Of a stretch of DNA of 64,000 nt, positions 18,511-26,906 are shown piece by piece (positions within the stretch are counted from its first letter, which is position 1; each line of letters begins with the position of its first letter). The stretch is from Solirubrobacteraceae bacterium. Its GTDB lineage: Bacteria; Actinomycetota; Thermoleophilia; Solirubrobacterales; Solirubrobacteraceae. The DNA lies in NCBI GenBank assembly GCA_035650455.1, contig DASRHQ010000070.1:60-64059 (forward strand), written 5' to 3'. The translations under genes and the position numbers were made by a program. The notes under the pieces are model-generated. The model saw only the letters and a program-made list of their open reading frames with translations. It had not been told where the DNA came from and made no database searches.

Positions 18511-19728
18511 ATGAGAAGAGACCTGTTCCGTCGGCGGCCGCTGTCAGCGGTCAGGGTCGCGGTGATCACCGTGGCCGTTCTGCTGCTGCTCGCGATCGGC
18601 ATGTGGCTGGGAGGACACCCCAGTTGGATGCCCTCCGGGCTACGCAGTGCCTTTGTCAACGACTCGGGCAGTCGCCTGATGCAGGACGTGGTGTCCCTGC
18701 TCCAGCGCGACTACTACCGGCCGGTGAACGCCGACCAGCTGGTGAACAAGGGTATCTCCGGCGCCGTCGCCAGCCTCAACGATCCCTACTCCCACTACTT
18801 CAATCCCGCCGACTACCACACCTTCATGAACCAGTCGAACCCGCACCTGAGCGGCATAGGGGTGGACGTCCTGCCCGACTCACAAGGGCTGCGGATCGTG
18901 GGCGTCTTCCCCGGTTCGCCGGCCGCCCGGGCCGGACTGACACCTGGGACGGTGATCGTGAAGGTTGGTTCGCGACCGCTTGGTGGCCACTCCGCCGACT
19001 TCGACTCGAGCCTGATCCGGGGACCGGCCGGAACCTCGGTAACGCTCACGGTCGTAAACGGCGGCAAGCGACGCAGGGTCACCCTGAAGCGGGCAAATAT
19101 CGTCGTTCCCGTGGCCAGCGGACGCGTGATCACCTACCACGGAGTGAAGATCGGCTATGTGCAGCTGACCAGCTTCACGGAGGGCGCCGGGTCCGAAGTG
19201 CAGGCACAAGTCAAGCGGGTGCTCCACGCCGGCGCGCGCGGCCTGATCCTCGACCTCCGCGAAAACGGTGGTGGGCTGCTCGATCAGGCCGTTGCCGTCG
19301 CCAGCATCTTCATTCCAGACGGAACGATCGTCTCCACCGACGGTCGCAGCCAGCCGCGGCAGGTCTACCTCGCCAAGGGTGGTGCGATCGCCGTCCACCA
19401 GCCCATGGTGGTCCTGGTGGACCACGGCACCGCCTCCGCCGCAGAGATCGTGACGGCCGCGCTCAAGGATCGCCATCGCGCGCTCGTGGTCGGAACCCGG
19501 ACCTACGGCAAGGGCGTCTTCCAGGAGATCGACCCGCTGCCCAACGGCGGAGCGCTTGACTTCACCGTCGGCGAGTACTTCACGCCGAATGGGCAGAACC
19601 TCGGAGGTGGCGGAGTGCGGCGCGGGAAAGGCGTCCAGCCCAACATCTACGCGGTCGACAATCCGAGCACGCACGTCGACGAGGCGCTTCAGAAGGCCGA
19701 GCAGACCGTTGCGCACAAGGTTCAGTGA
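18511..19728 (+). CDS. S41 C-terminal processing protease with PDZ domain
   Basis: LNDPYSHY, GIG, SPAARAGL, LDLRENGGG, TASAAE, TYGKG. Confidence 0.93.
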   Translation: MRRDLFRRRPLSAVRVAVITVAVLLLLAIGMWLGGHPSWMPSGLRSAFVNDSGSRLMQDVVSLLQRDYYRPVNADQLVNKGISGAVASLNDPYSHYFNPADYHTFMNQSNPHLSGIGVDVLPDSQGLRIVGVFPGSPAARAGLTPGTVIVKVGSRPLGGHSADFDSSLIRGPAGTSVTLTVVNGGKRRRVTLKRANIVVPVASGRVITYHGVKIGYVQLTSFTEGAGSEVQAQVKRVLHAGARGLILDLRENGGGLLDQAVAVASIFIPDGTIVSTDGRSQPRQVYLAKGGAIAVHQPMVVLVDHGTASAAEIVTAALKDRHRALVVGTRTYGKGVFQEIDPLPNGGALDFTVGEYFTPNGQNLGGGGVRRGKGVQPNIYAVDNPSTHVDEALQKAEQTVAHKVQ

Positions 19729-21554
19729 GCCCGACCCGACGTGCCCCAGCGCGCTCGACGGCGGGCCCACGGCGCGCGACGCCCCCGCGCGGGGACGGCG
19801 AGCACCGTGCGGGCGGGCTCCGGGTCGGGGTGCTGAGGCGGCGGGGGAAGTTCGTCGTCGCCGAGCCGTTCTTTGAGGCGGGGCCGCGAGTCGCCGTGAG
19901 TCGCGACGGCAGGGCCGCTCTGGGTGACCTCGTGGCGCTGCGCACCCGCCCCCACCGCGACGGTCGCGGTGGGCGGGCGGTGATCGCCTCGCGACTGGGC
20001 CGCCCCGAAATCGCGCGCGATGTGATCGAGGCGTTCATGATCGACCGCGGACTGAAGCGCTCCTTTTCGGACTCCGTCGAGCGCGCAGCCATCGCCACAG
20101 TCACCCCGGATTCGGATCGGCGCCCGCGGCGTGACCTGCGCTCGCTTGAGACCTTCACGATCGACCCCGTCAGCGCGCGCGACTTCGATGACGCCATCTC
20201 GGCCGCCCCGGCCGAGGATGGAGGTCGGCGCGTGTGGGTACATATCGCTGACGTCGGCGCACACGTTGCACCTGGTTCACCGCTCGACCGCGAGGCCTAT
20301 CGCCGTGGGTGCAGCGTTTACGTTCCGGGCGCGGTCGAACCGATGCTCCCCGCCGCTCTCTCCAGCGGCGCCTGCTCGCTGGTACCGGACCAGGACCGGC
20401 TCGCGTTCACTGTGGAGCTCCTGGTGCGCGATGCAGGCGTCCACACAGCGGCCTTCTACCGCTCGGTGATCCGCTCTGACGCGCGCCTTGATTACGGCCA
20501 GGTCGACAGCATTTTCGCCGGCACCGAGCGCGCGCCTGAGCGATGCGGCGAAGCGCTCCTGGCCGCGCGCCAGGTTGCCGCCGCGCTGCAGGGGCGGCGC
20601 GAGCAGCGCGGCGCGCTGGCGATCTCCAGCGAGGAGCCCGAATTCCGCTTCGACCGAGACGGAAACGTCGTGGAGGCGGTGGCGACCGTGCAGACCGAAT
20701 CTCATCGGCTGATCGAGCACCTCATGATCGCGGCGAATGAGCAGGTCGCCAAGGTTCTCTCCGGCCGTGACATCCCCTCGCTTTACCGAGTCCACGAGCG
20801 GCCCGACGGCCTCGCCGTCGAGCGCCTGGTGGCACAACTCGCGTCGCTGGGCGTGCCCACTCCACCGCTGCCCAAGGGACCACTCAGCCCACAGCAAGCA
20901 GCGGCCGCGGTCGCTGAGGCTTCGCAGCTCGTGACCGACTACGCGGTGCGAACCGGTCGCGGGAAAAGGGCCTTCGCCAGTTTGCTGCTGCGGTCGCTCA
21001 AGCAGGCTTACTACGACCATCGCAACCTTGGTCACGCCGGTCTGCAGTCGCCGACGTACTGCCATTTCACCTCACCGATCCGCCGCTACCCCGACCTCAT
21101 CTGCCACCGGGCGCTGCTCGCCGCGGTGGCGGGCGAGCCGGCTCCGGATAGCCGGTGGGTGGCGACGGCCGGACCCTGGACATCGGCTCGCGAACGCGAG
21201 GCGATGATGATCGAGAGGGACGCGGACGACGTTGCTCGCTGCTTCCTGCTCGATCGCCTGATGACCGACGCCGGCCATGAGGCTGTGTTCGAGGGCGAGG
21301 TGACCGGACTGCACTCCTCGGGAGCGTTCGTGGCGTTTGGGCCGGACCGAATGTTTGAAGGCATGCTCCCGGTTCGCAGGCTGATCGGCGACTGGTGGGA
21401 GCTAAACGAGCTTGGGACCATGCTGCATGGAACGAGAACGGGGCGGACTATCCGCCTCGGCGATCCCATCCAGGTACGGGTTGGGACGATCGACGCCCCC
21501 CGCGGCAGAGTCGATCTTCATCCCGTGACTGCAAGCGAACACTCCGGCGGCTGA
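19725..21554 (+). CDS. rnr: RNase R / RNB-domain exoribonuclease (short N-terminus)
   Basis: FTIDPVSARDFDDAIS, HIADV, SHRLIEHLMIAAN, HFTSPIRRYPDL, C-terminal S1; adjacent to smpB. Confidence 0.88.
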   Translation: MSPTRRAPARSTAGPRRATPPRGDGEHRAGGLRVGVLRRRGKFVVAEPFFEAGPRVAVSRDGRAALGDLVALRTRPHRDGRGGRAVIASRLGRPEIARDVIEAFMIDRGLKRSFSDSVERAAIATVTPDSDRRPRRDLRSLETFTIDPVSARDFDDAISAAPAEDGGRRVWVHIADVGAHVAPGSPLDREAYRRGCSVYVPGAVEPMLPAALSSGACSLVPDQDRLAFTVELLVRDAGVHTAAFYRSVIRSDARLDYGQVDSIFAGTERAPERCGEALLAARQVAAALQGRREQRGALAISSEEPEFRFDRDGNVVEAVATVQTESHRLIEHLMIAANEQVAKVLSGRDIPSLYRVHERPDGLAVERLVAQLASLGVPTPPLPKGPLSPQQAAAAVAEASQLVTDYAVRTGRGKRAFASLLLRSLKQAYYDHRNLGHAGLQSPTYCHFTSPIRRYPDLICHRALLAAVAGEPAPDSRWVATAGPWTSAREREAMMIERDADDVARCFLLDRLMTDAGHEAVFEGEVTGLHSSGAFVAFGPDRMFEGMLPVRRLIGDWWELNELGTMLHGTRTGRTIRLGDPIQVRVGTIDAPRGRVDLHPVTASEHSGG

Positions 21555-21558
21555 TTCC

Positions 21559-22032
21559 ATGGCACGTCCACGCAGACGCAAGGCCCAGCCCGGTGACGTG
21601 GCTACCAACCGTCAGGCCTCCTGGCGCTACCACCTGCTCGAGCGCTATGAGGCCGGGCTGGTCCTGACCGGGACCGAGGTTAAGGCCCTGCGCGCATCGG
21701 GCGCCCAGCTAAAAGACTCCTACGCGGTGATCCGCGACGGCGAGGCGTGGCTGATCGGCTGCTACATCGCACCGTACGGACCCGCCAACCGCGCCAATCA
21801 CGATCCGGAACGTGAGCGCAAGTTGTTGCTGCACCGATCGGAGATAGAGCGGCTGATCGGCAAGACGCAGGAAAGGGGACTGACCCTGATCCCGACGCGG
21901 GTCTACTTCTCGGGTGCACACGCCAAGGTCGAGCTCGCCCTGGCCCGCGGCAAGGACCGCTACGACAAGCGCGAATCGATCCGCAGGCGCGAGGTCCAGC
22001 GCGAGATCGAGCGCGAGCTCCACGCGCATTAG
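21559..22032 (+). CDS. smpB: SsrA-binding protein SmpB
   Basis: ATNRQA, EAGLVLTGTEVKALR, RKLLLHRSEI, ELALARGK, DKRESI. Confidence 0.98.
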   Translation: MARPRRRKAQPGDVATNRQASWRYHLLERYEAGLVLTGTEVKALRASGAQLKDSYAVIRDGEAWLIGCYIAPYGPANRANHDPERERKLLLHRSEIERLIGKTQERGLTLIPTRVYFSGAHAKVELALARGKDRYDKRESIRRREVQREIERELHAH

Positions 22033-22085
22033 GTAGAGGGGGTCCTCGTTGGCCGTTGAGCGGCGGCTACACCCCCGGTTTGAAT

Positions 22086-22155
22086 GGGACCGGCACATGT
22101 GCCGGTCCCCCGGCCGCGCATGCGCGGCCGGGGCGCGGGCGCATGCGCCCGCGCC
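22086..22155. repeat. Array of three tandem perfect palindromes (core GCRCATGYGC, 23-bp period)
   Basis: GGGACCGGCACATGTGCCGGTCCC (22086-109), CCGGCCGCGCATGCGCGGCCGG (22110-131), GGCGCGGGCGCATGCGCCCGCGCC (22132-155). Confidence 0.9.
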
Positions 22156-22171
22156 TGCCCAGATCGTTTCT

Positions 22172-22265
22172 GACCAAAGCCGTCGCGCGGAATCGGACTT
22201 TGATGGCTTTCGGTCGCTCGGCGGTTTATTCCGACCAAACCGCAAACTTCCGGGTGAGTCTGGTC
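22172..22265. repeat. Cluster of GACCAAA-containing imperfect hairpins
   Basis: GACCAAAGCCGTC (22172-184)/GATGGCTTTCGGTC (22202-215); GCGGTTT/AAACCGC (22221-243); second GACCAAA copy. Confidence 0.55.
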
Positions 22266-22318
22266 ATTTTTTCCCGCCTCTTCGACTGACGGCGAGCCGA
22301 CCCCTCAGAGCCGGCGAT

Positions 22319-23221
22319 CTAAAGCGTGCGCGGCAGATGCGTCGCGTTCATACCCACCACGAGTGCCGCGATCAACGCCAGATAGAGCGCTGCGACGAAA
22401 GCCCGGTCGATGGGGCGGACGCGGTAGTAGTCGCGCTGGCGCGCGTCTCCACTACGCCGCAGCTTCCACCGCTTGTAGGTCTCGTAGCCCCCGATCACCA
22501 GGATCAGGAACATGATCGGGTTGGGAAAGATGATCGCGAGGGGGACAAGTGCCGCGAACCCGACGAACCACATCCATGGCGCCATTGCGGCCATGGCGCG
22601 TCCGCCGTCGAGCGGAACGACGGGCAACAGATTGAAGAGGTTCAAGAAGAACCCGGTGAACGCGAGCGCCCGCCAGATGTCGTTGCCGGTGAGATGCCAG
22701 ATCACGATGCACGCGGCTGACCCAACGCTTCCCAGGATCGGCCCTGCCAGGCCCACCCGGGCCTCGGCGAGAGCATTGTCACCAAGCGAGCGGGCGCTGA
22801 TCACCGCCCCCATGAAGGGGATGAACATAGGCAGGCTCGCCTTTAGTCCCTCGCGCCGGAGCTGGATCACATGCCCGAGCTCGTGGACCAGCAACAGGGC
22901 GACAAAGCCGAGCGCGAAGGGCCAGCCGAAGACGAAGCTGTAGGCCGCGATCGAGACGAGCATCGTGCCCGCGCTCGCCAACAACTTGACCTTGGGCAGG
23001 AGCAAGAGGATCGCCTTGAGCTTCGCGAGCAACGCCACGAGCGCGGCACCGATCGGCGCCAGTTTGCGCTTGACGAATGACTCTTTCGCGGGCAGTCGCG
23101 CACCTGGCGTGTGCCGCCGGGGGACGACGTTGTCCGTGCCGGGCGCAAAGCCCTCGGTGGTCGGCTCCGGAGCCGCGGGTGGCGGCTTTGGAACCAGCCA
23201 TTGGTTCTGCTGAGCCATCAC
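22319..23221 (-). CDS. Site-2 protease (M50) intramembrane metalloprotease
   Basis: VHELGH, FIPFMGA, LAGP, NLFNLLPVVPLDGGR. Confidence 0.93.
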   Translation of the reverse strand: MMAQQNQWLVPKPPPAAPEPTTEGFAPGTDNVVPRRHTPGARLPAKESFVKRKLAPIGAALVALLAKLKAILLLLPKVKLLASAGTMLVSIAAYSFVFGWPFALGFVALLLVHELGHVIQLRREGLKASLPMFIPFMGAVISARSLGDNALAEARVGLAGPILGSVGSAACIVIWHLTGNDIWRALAFTGFFLNLFNLLPVVPLDGGRAMAAMAPWMWFVGFAALVPLAIIFPNPIMFLILVIGGYETYKRWKLRRSGDARQRDYYRVRPIDRAFVAALYLALIAALVVGMNATHLPRTL

Positions 23222-23326
23222 CTTGATTCTGGCACCAGGCGGACCCCTGCCACGGCGTCAATCGGCGCTCTCAGGAAGCTCCCAGGATCCCGCGGCGCGC
23301 ATCTGACGAGCCCGTGTCAGCTCATC

Positions 23327-23332
23327 TAGAAT
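23327..23332 (+). promoter_or_regulatory. Candidate -10 (TAGAAT) for ssrA
   Basis: TAGAAT followed by an AT-rich stretch, 23 nt before the mature tmRNA 5' end. Confidence 0.5.
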
Positions 23333-23355
23333 GAAATAAAGCACCAATATCCCCA

Positions 23356-23723
23356 GGGGACGACAGGCTTCGACGTGGTTGGCTCGTGGGGGTGGTTGCG
23401 AGCCGAGGTTCCGGGCGGCCTCGTAAAACACCCGGAAGAAAATAAGTGCGGACTCGCACAGTTTCGATCTCGGTTACGCGGCTGCTTAGTCGGTAACTGA
23501 CGTTCGTCTCGGCCATTGCTCGCCTGCGGCGGTGAGCCGGGATCAATTAGCAGGCTCGCCCGGAGTGGATTTGCTCCCTCCGCCCCGGGGACATCTAGGG
23601 AGCTAGCCCCCGACAACCCGGCCGGCGAGGCGAGTCGGGGGCGAGAGTTAGAGCGCCGGCTACGCTCGTAGACGCCACATCCACACGACCGCGGACCCGG
23701 GTTCGATTCCCGGCGTCTCCACC
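23356..23723 (+). ncRNA. ssrA: tmRNA (one-piece)
   Basis: 5' GGGGACGACAGGCTTCGAC; 3' T-arm CCGGGTTCGATTCCCGG; acceptor CGTCTCC-A-CC; tag after AAATAAGT: GCG..TAG 23448-23489 = ADSHSFDLGYAAA; smpB nearby. Confidence 0.97.
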
Positions 23724-23730
23724 TTTACAG

Positions 23731-23766
23731 AGAATCGCCCCTCGCTCCGGCTGGGGGCGGTTCTTC
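23731..23766 (+). terminator. Probable intrinsic terminator after ssrA
   Basis: AGAATCGCCCCT...GGGGGCGGTTCT stem followed by T-rich TCTATT. Confidence 0.6.
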
Positions 23767-23874
23767 TATTAGGGCGAACGCATCCAGGCTTTGCGGTCAG
23801 CGAGCCGTTCTGGCACGCGTCGATCCCGGCGCGGCCTCCGTCGAGGGACACGCCGTCCAGCGCGCGCTGGTGGG

Positions 23875-25353
23875 CTAGCCGGCCTTGACTTTCGCCTTGG
23901 CTTCGTCCTGTCTGGTGGGGGCGTGGTTTGAGCTGGCGGTCACGGCGCAGGCGTCGATCGTGCCGGCGCTGGCGGTGGATGAGACCGCGATCTTCAGTTT
24001 CAGCACTTGGCTGGCGTCGGAGGTGAGGGTGCCGGTCTTATAGGTGCCCGCGGTTACGTTGCCCGTGACGTTGGTGCTGCCCTTGAAGTATTTGACCGTG
24101 AAGCCGGTTGAGCTCTTGCACCCGTGGACTGCGATCGCGTCGGAGTGGGTTCCGGCGTTGACGAATCTCAGGTCGAAGGTTTTGCTCTTGCCCGGTGCGG
24201 TGGTGGTGGTGCGGGTCTGGCGCGCGCCGGTGGTGTTGATGATCCCGACCCCTAGGTAGCTGGTGTCCCTGGCCAGCTTGATCTGGGCGTCGGGCTGGTA
24301 GGCCGGTGGCGTGCTGTAGGTGATCGTCACCTGACCGTTGCCAGAAGCGCCCGGAACGCTCACGCCGGTGGTGAACAAGACGCCAGATGCTGTCGATGCG
24401 GCGTAGCTCGAGCCCCCGCCGCCGCCACCCCCGCCACCACGCATAACACAGGGGCTCTCGTGCGCAGAGCTGCCGCCGCCTCCTCCGCCGACGTATCCGC
24501 CGCCACCGCCGCCGCCGCTGCCCTCGGCGGTCGAGCCGTTCCCGGTCGCGCCATTGCCACCGGTGGAACCTGACGCCGAGCCTCCTTGAGCACCGCCGCT
24601 AAAACCAGCACCTGAGCCACACGAATCGTTGGCGGAGCCATCGGGCTCCCCGGCCGTGCCACCGCCACCTGGGACAAGGGGGGATTGGTCGCCGCCCGCG
24701 TCGCCGCCTCCGCCACCCCCGAGGGTCTCGGACACGCAGGTGTACGCGTCGCCCGGGCTGCCATCGACCCCGAACTGACCGCCCGCGCCGCCCGCGCCGC
24801 TCTTTGTGGTGACAGGCCCAGTGCAGGCGTTATCCGCGACATCCTCAGCGCCCCCGCCACCACCACCTGCAACAAGCTCGGCGGTCGATCCCAGGCTGAC
24901 CGAACTAGAACCGCCGCCGCCGCCAGCACCATCCCCGCCACCGTTGCCGCCGCCATTGAACCCGCCCCCACTCACGGAGCCCGTCCCGCCGACCTCGATC
25001 GTGAACACCTGGCCCGCCTTCAAGGATCCTAATTTCGCGGAGACCTGCCCACCCCCGCCGCCGGCCTCACTGCTATCCATACTCGCGCCGCCGGATGCCC
25101 CGTCGACCACTAACGAGGCCGAAGTGACCCCCGCCGGAACCGTCCACGACTGCGGCCCGCCCGTCTCAGAAAACGTGCACGCCACCGTGCTCCCCGACTG
25201 CACACACCCCAGTGGCAACGCTGCCCACGCCGAACCAGCCGGCTCGACCGCCCACAACCCACACAGACCGACCACCGCGGCCAAGACCCCGACAGCATGA
25301 CCACGCCCGCCCAGCAACAAAAAGCCAAACCTACGCGCCCCACCAAAATCCAT
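23875..25353 (-). CDS. Secreted glycine-rich-domain protein with C-terminal beta-rich (Ig-like) module
   Basis: Signal peptide; FSETGGPQSWTVPAGVTS...GASGG start motif of bacterial Gly-rich domain; GGGGGGGGSSY...GNGQVTITY end motif; C-terminal YQPDAQIK module. Confidence 0.75.
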   Translation of the reverse strand: MDFGGARRFGFLLLGGRGHAVGVLAAVVGLCGLWAVEPAGSAWAALPLGCVQSGSTVACTFSETGGPQSWTVPAGVTSASLVVDGASGGASMDSSEAGGGGGQVSAKLGSLKAGQVFTIEVGGTGSVSGGGFNGGGNGGGDGAGGGGGSSSVSLGSTAELVAGGGGGGAEDVADNACTGPVTTKSGAGGAGGQFGVDGSPGDAYTCVSETLGGGGGGDAGGDQSPLVPGGGGTAGEPDGSANDSCGSGAGFSGGAQGGSASGSTGGNGATGNGSTAEGSGGGGGGGYVGGGGGGSSAHESPCVMRGGGGGGGGGSSYAASTASGVLFTTGVSVPGASGNGQVTITYSTPPAYQPDAQIKLARDTSYLGVGIINTTGARQTRTTTTAPGKSKTFDLRFVNAGTHSDAIAVHGCKSSTGFTVKYFKGSTNVTGNVTAGTYKTGTLTSDASQVLKLKIAVSSTASAGTIDACAVTASSNHAPTRQDEAKAKVKAG

Positions 25354-25484
25354 CTCTGACCACTCCCAATCTAAATGCCCCGCGCGGCCGGCCCTGGCCG
25401 CCTCAATAACAACCCGAATCTACCTCACCGACACCACGTACGACAACCAGAACGCGTCAACTAACGCGGTCCATAGCGTTGTCT

Positions 25485-25520
25485 CAACGCCGACGCAACG
25501 ATTCGGCAACGCGTTCAACG
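25485..25520. promoter_or_regulatory. Phased CAACG direct repeats upstream of the Gly-rich gene
   Basis: CAACG at 25485, 25496, 25507, 25516 (11, 11, 9 bp); AACGCG at 25451 and 25463. Confidence 0.35.
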
Positions 25521-25659
25521 ATCGGCACTCGACGACCGCCGGCACGAGGTAGCGCATCTGTCCTCCAAGCGCGTCAACATTGCTTTTCGCTCCGATCACG
25601 AAGATCGATGGCGTGCTCAAATCCTCCCTTGGCCCGAAGCACGTAGGATCGCCAGAGTC

Positions 25660-25880
25660 TTTCAATCCGCCGTGTGCGCGTCTCAGGCTTCGTCGCGCTC
25701 TCGATGGCGCGCACGTGCTGGCGTTTCTGACCATCGGCAGGCGGTCGTAGGCGGTGCGGGCGACGGAATCGGAGTCCACGGCGCGCGCGAGATCGGGGGC
25801 TCGACTACCGCGGGTCGGGATCAAACTCCAGCTCGATCTCGACTTCGTCGCCGGTCGCGACGGCGACAGATCTGCGAGGT
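25660..25880 (-). pseudogene. YdeI/OmpD-associated (DUF1905-OmdA) gene remnant
   Basis: ATGDEVEIELEFDPDPR-stop, DLARAVDSDSVARTAYDRLP, frameshift near 25733, then GQKRQHVRAIESATKPETRTRRIE. Confidence 0.7.
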
Positions 25881-26209
25881 CGCCTGCCTCGTGGCCAGCG
25901 AGCATCTCTACAACCTCGACGACATCTCGCTGGGCATCGGCGTGGATGGCATCTGCAAGGTGCCGACGACGTCGACGAGGGCGGCATGAGTGATGTCTTG
26001 ATTGGGATCGTCGCCGCGGTTCGAATTCTTTGCATAAAAGCAGACGATCGCAACCACGCGAATGCGATCGCCAGCCAGATGCTCGCTTTGCTCGCGAAAC
26101 GGGTCGCTTGTCGGGTGGGGCTCCGTGCGCGTCGCGCTGTCAAAGCGGGGCTTGGCGCCATGCCGCGAGCGCGCGCGATGATCAACCGCCAGCGAACGGG
26201 ACCCAGCCA

Positions 26210-26885
26210 ATCACTCAGCACTCACGCCACGACCCGTCGCTCGCGTTCGAGCAAGCCGAGCGTCGGCTGTTTGCAGCGTGTGGTGTGGAAGTCGAGGCCC
26301 GGCGGGTGCGCCTGGCGGATCCGCCGCTTGCTGTGTGGGTTATCGAGGCCGGCGACGGCCCACCGCTCGTGCTCGTGCACGGAAGCGGCATGAGCGCGTC
26401 GACGTGGGCGCCCTTGAAGCCCTACCTGGGGCGCCTATCGGCTGATCGCGTTCGACCTGCCCTGGTTCGGCCTCAGTGGCGCCTTCGATTACAGCGGTTG
26501 GCCGCTGCGCTCACACGCGGTCGTCCAGCTCACCTCGCTGCTCGATGCGCTCGAGCTCGAGCGTGTGCCGATCGTCGGCACCTCGCTTGCGGGATGTGGG
26601 CGGTCTGCCTGGCCGTCGAGGCGCCGAATCGTGTCGCCGCCGTAGGGCCACTCGGTGTCCCGGCCGTCGCGCTGCCCGGCATGCACGGCGATCCTGCTTT
26701 CACCGCGCTGTCGACTCCCGTCGTGCGCCAGATCGTCGCGCGGATCGGTTCGCCCAGCGTGGCGATGACACCCCGGACGATGGCTGGCGGCGTCATCGGA
26801 TCTCGGGCGGCCGAGAAAGCGCCCGAAGGATTCTTCGAGGTCGTCCACGAGGGCTTCCGCCAGCCCGGCTTTCGGACCAGGGACG
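26210..26885 (+). pseudogene. Alpha/beta hydrolase pseudogene (2 frameshifts, 3' truncated)
   Basis: GDGPPLVLVHGSG | shift ~26435 | YRLIAFDLPWFGLS...VPIVGTSLAG | shift ~26593 | MWAVCLAVEAPNRV; C-terminal catalytic His region missing. Confidence 0.8.
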
Positions 26886-26906
26886 GCAGCACTACGATCG
26901 CCGATC

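Noticed and set aside
22086-22155. CRISPR array interpretation of the palindrome trimers (also 56017-56088)
   Set aside because: No spacers, non-identical repeats and no cas genes.
25880-26210. Short ORFs (25672-25989, 25986-26393, 25908-26210)
   Set aside because: No recognisable motifs or RBS; probably decayed sequence between pseudogenes.
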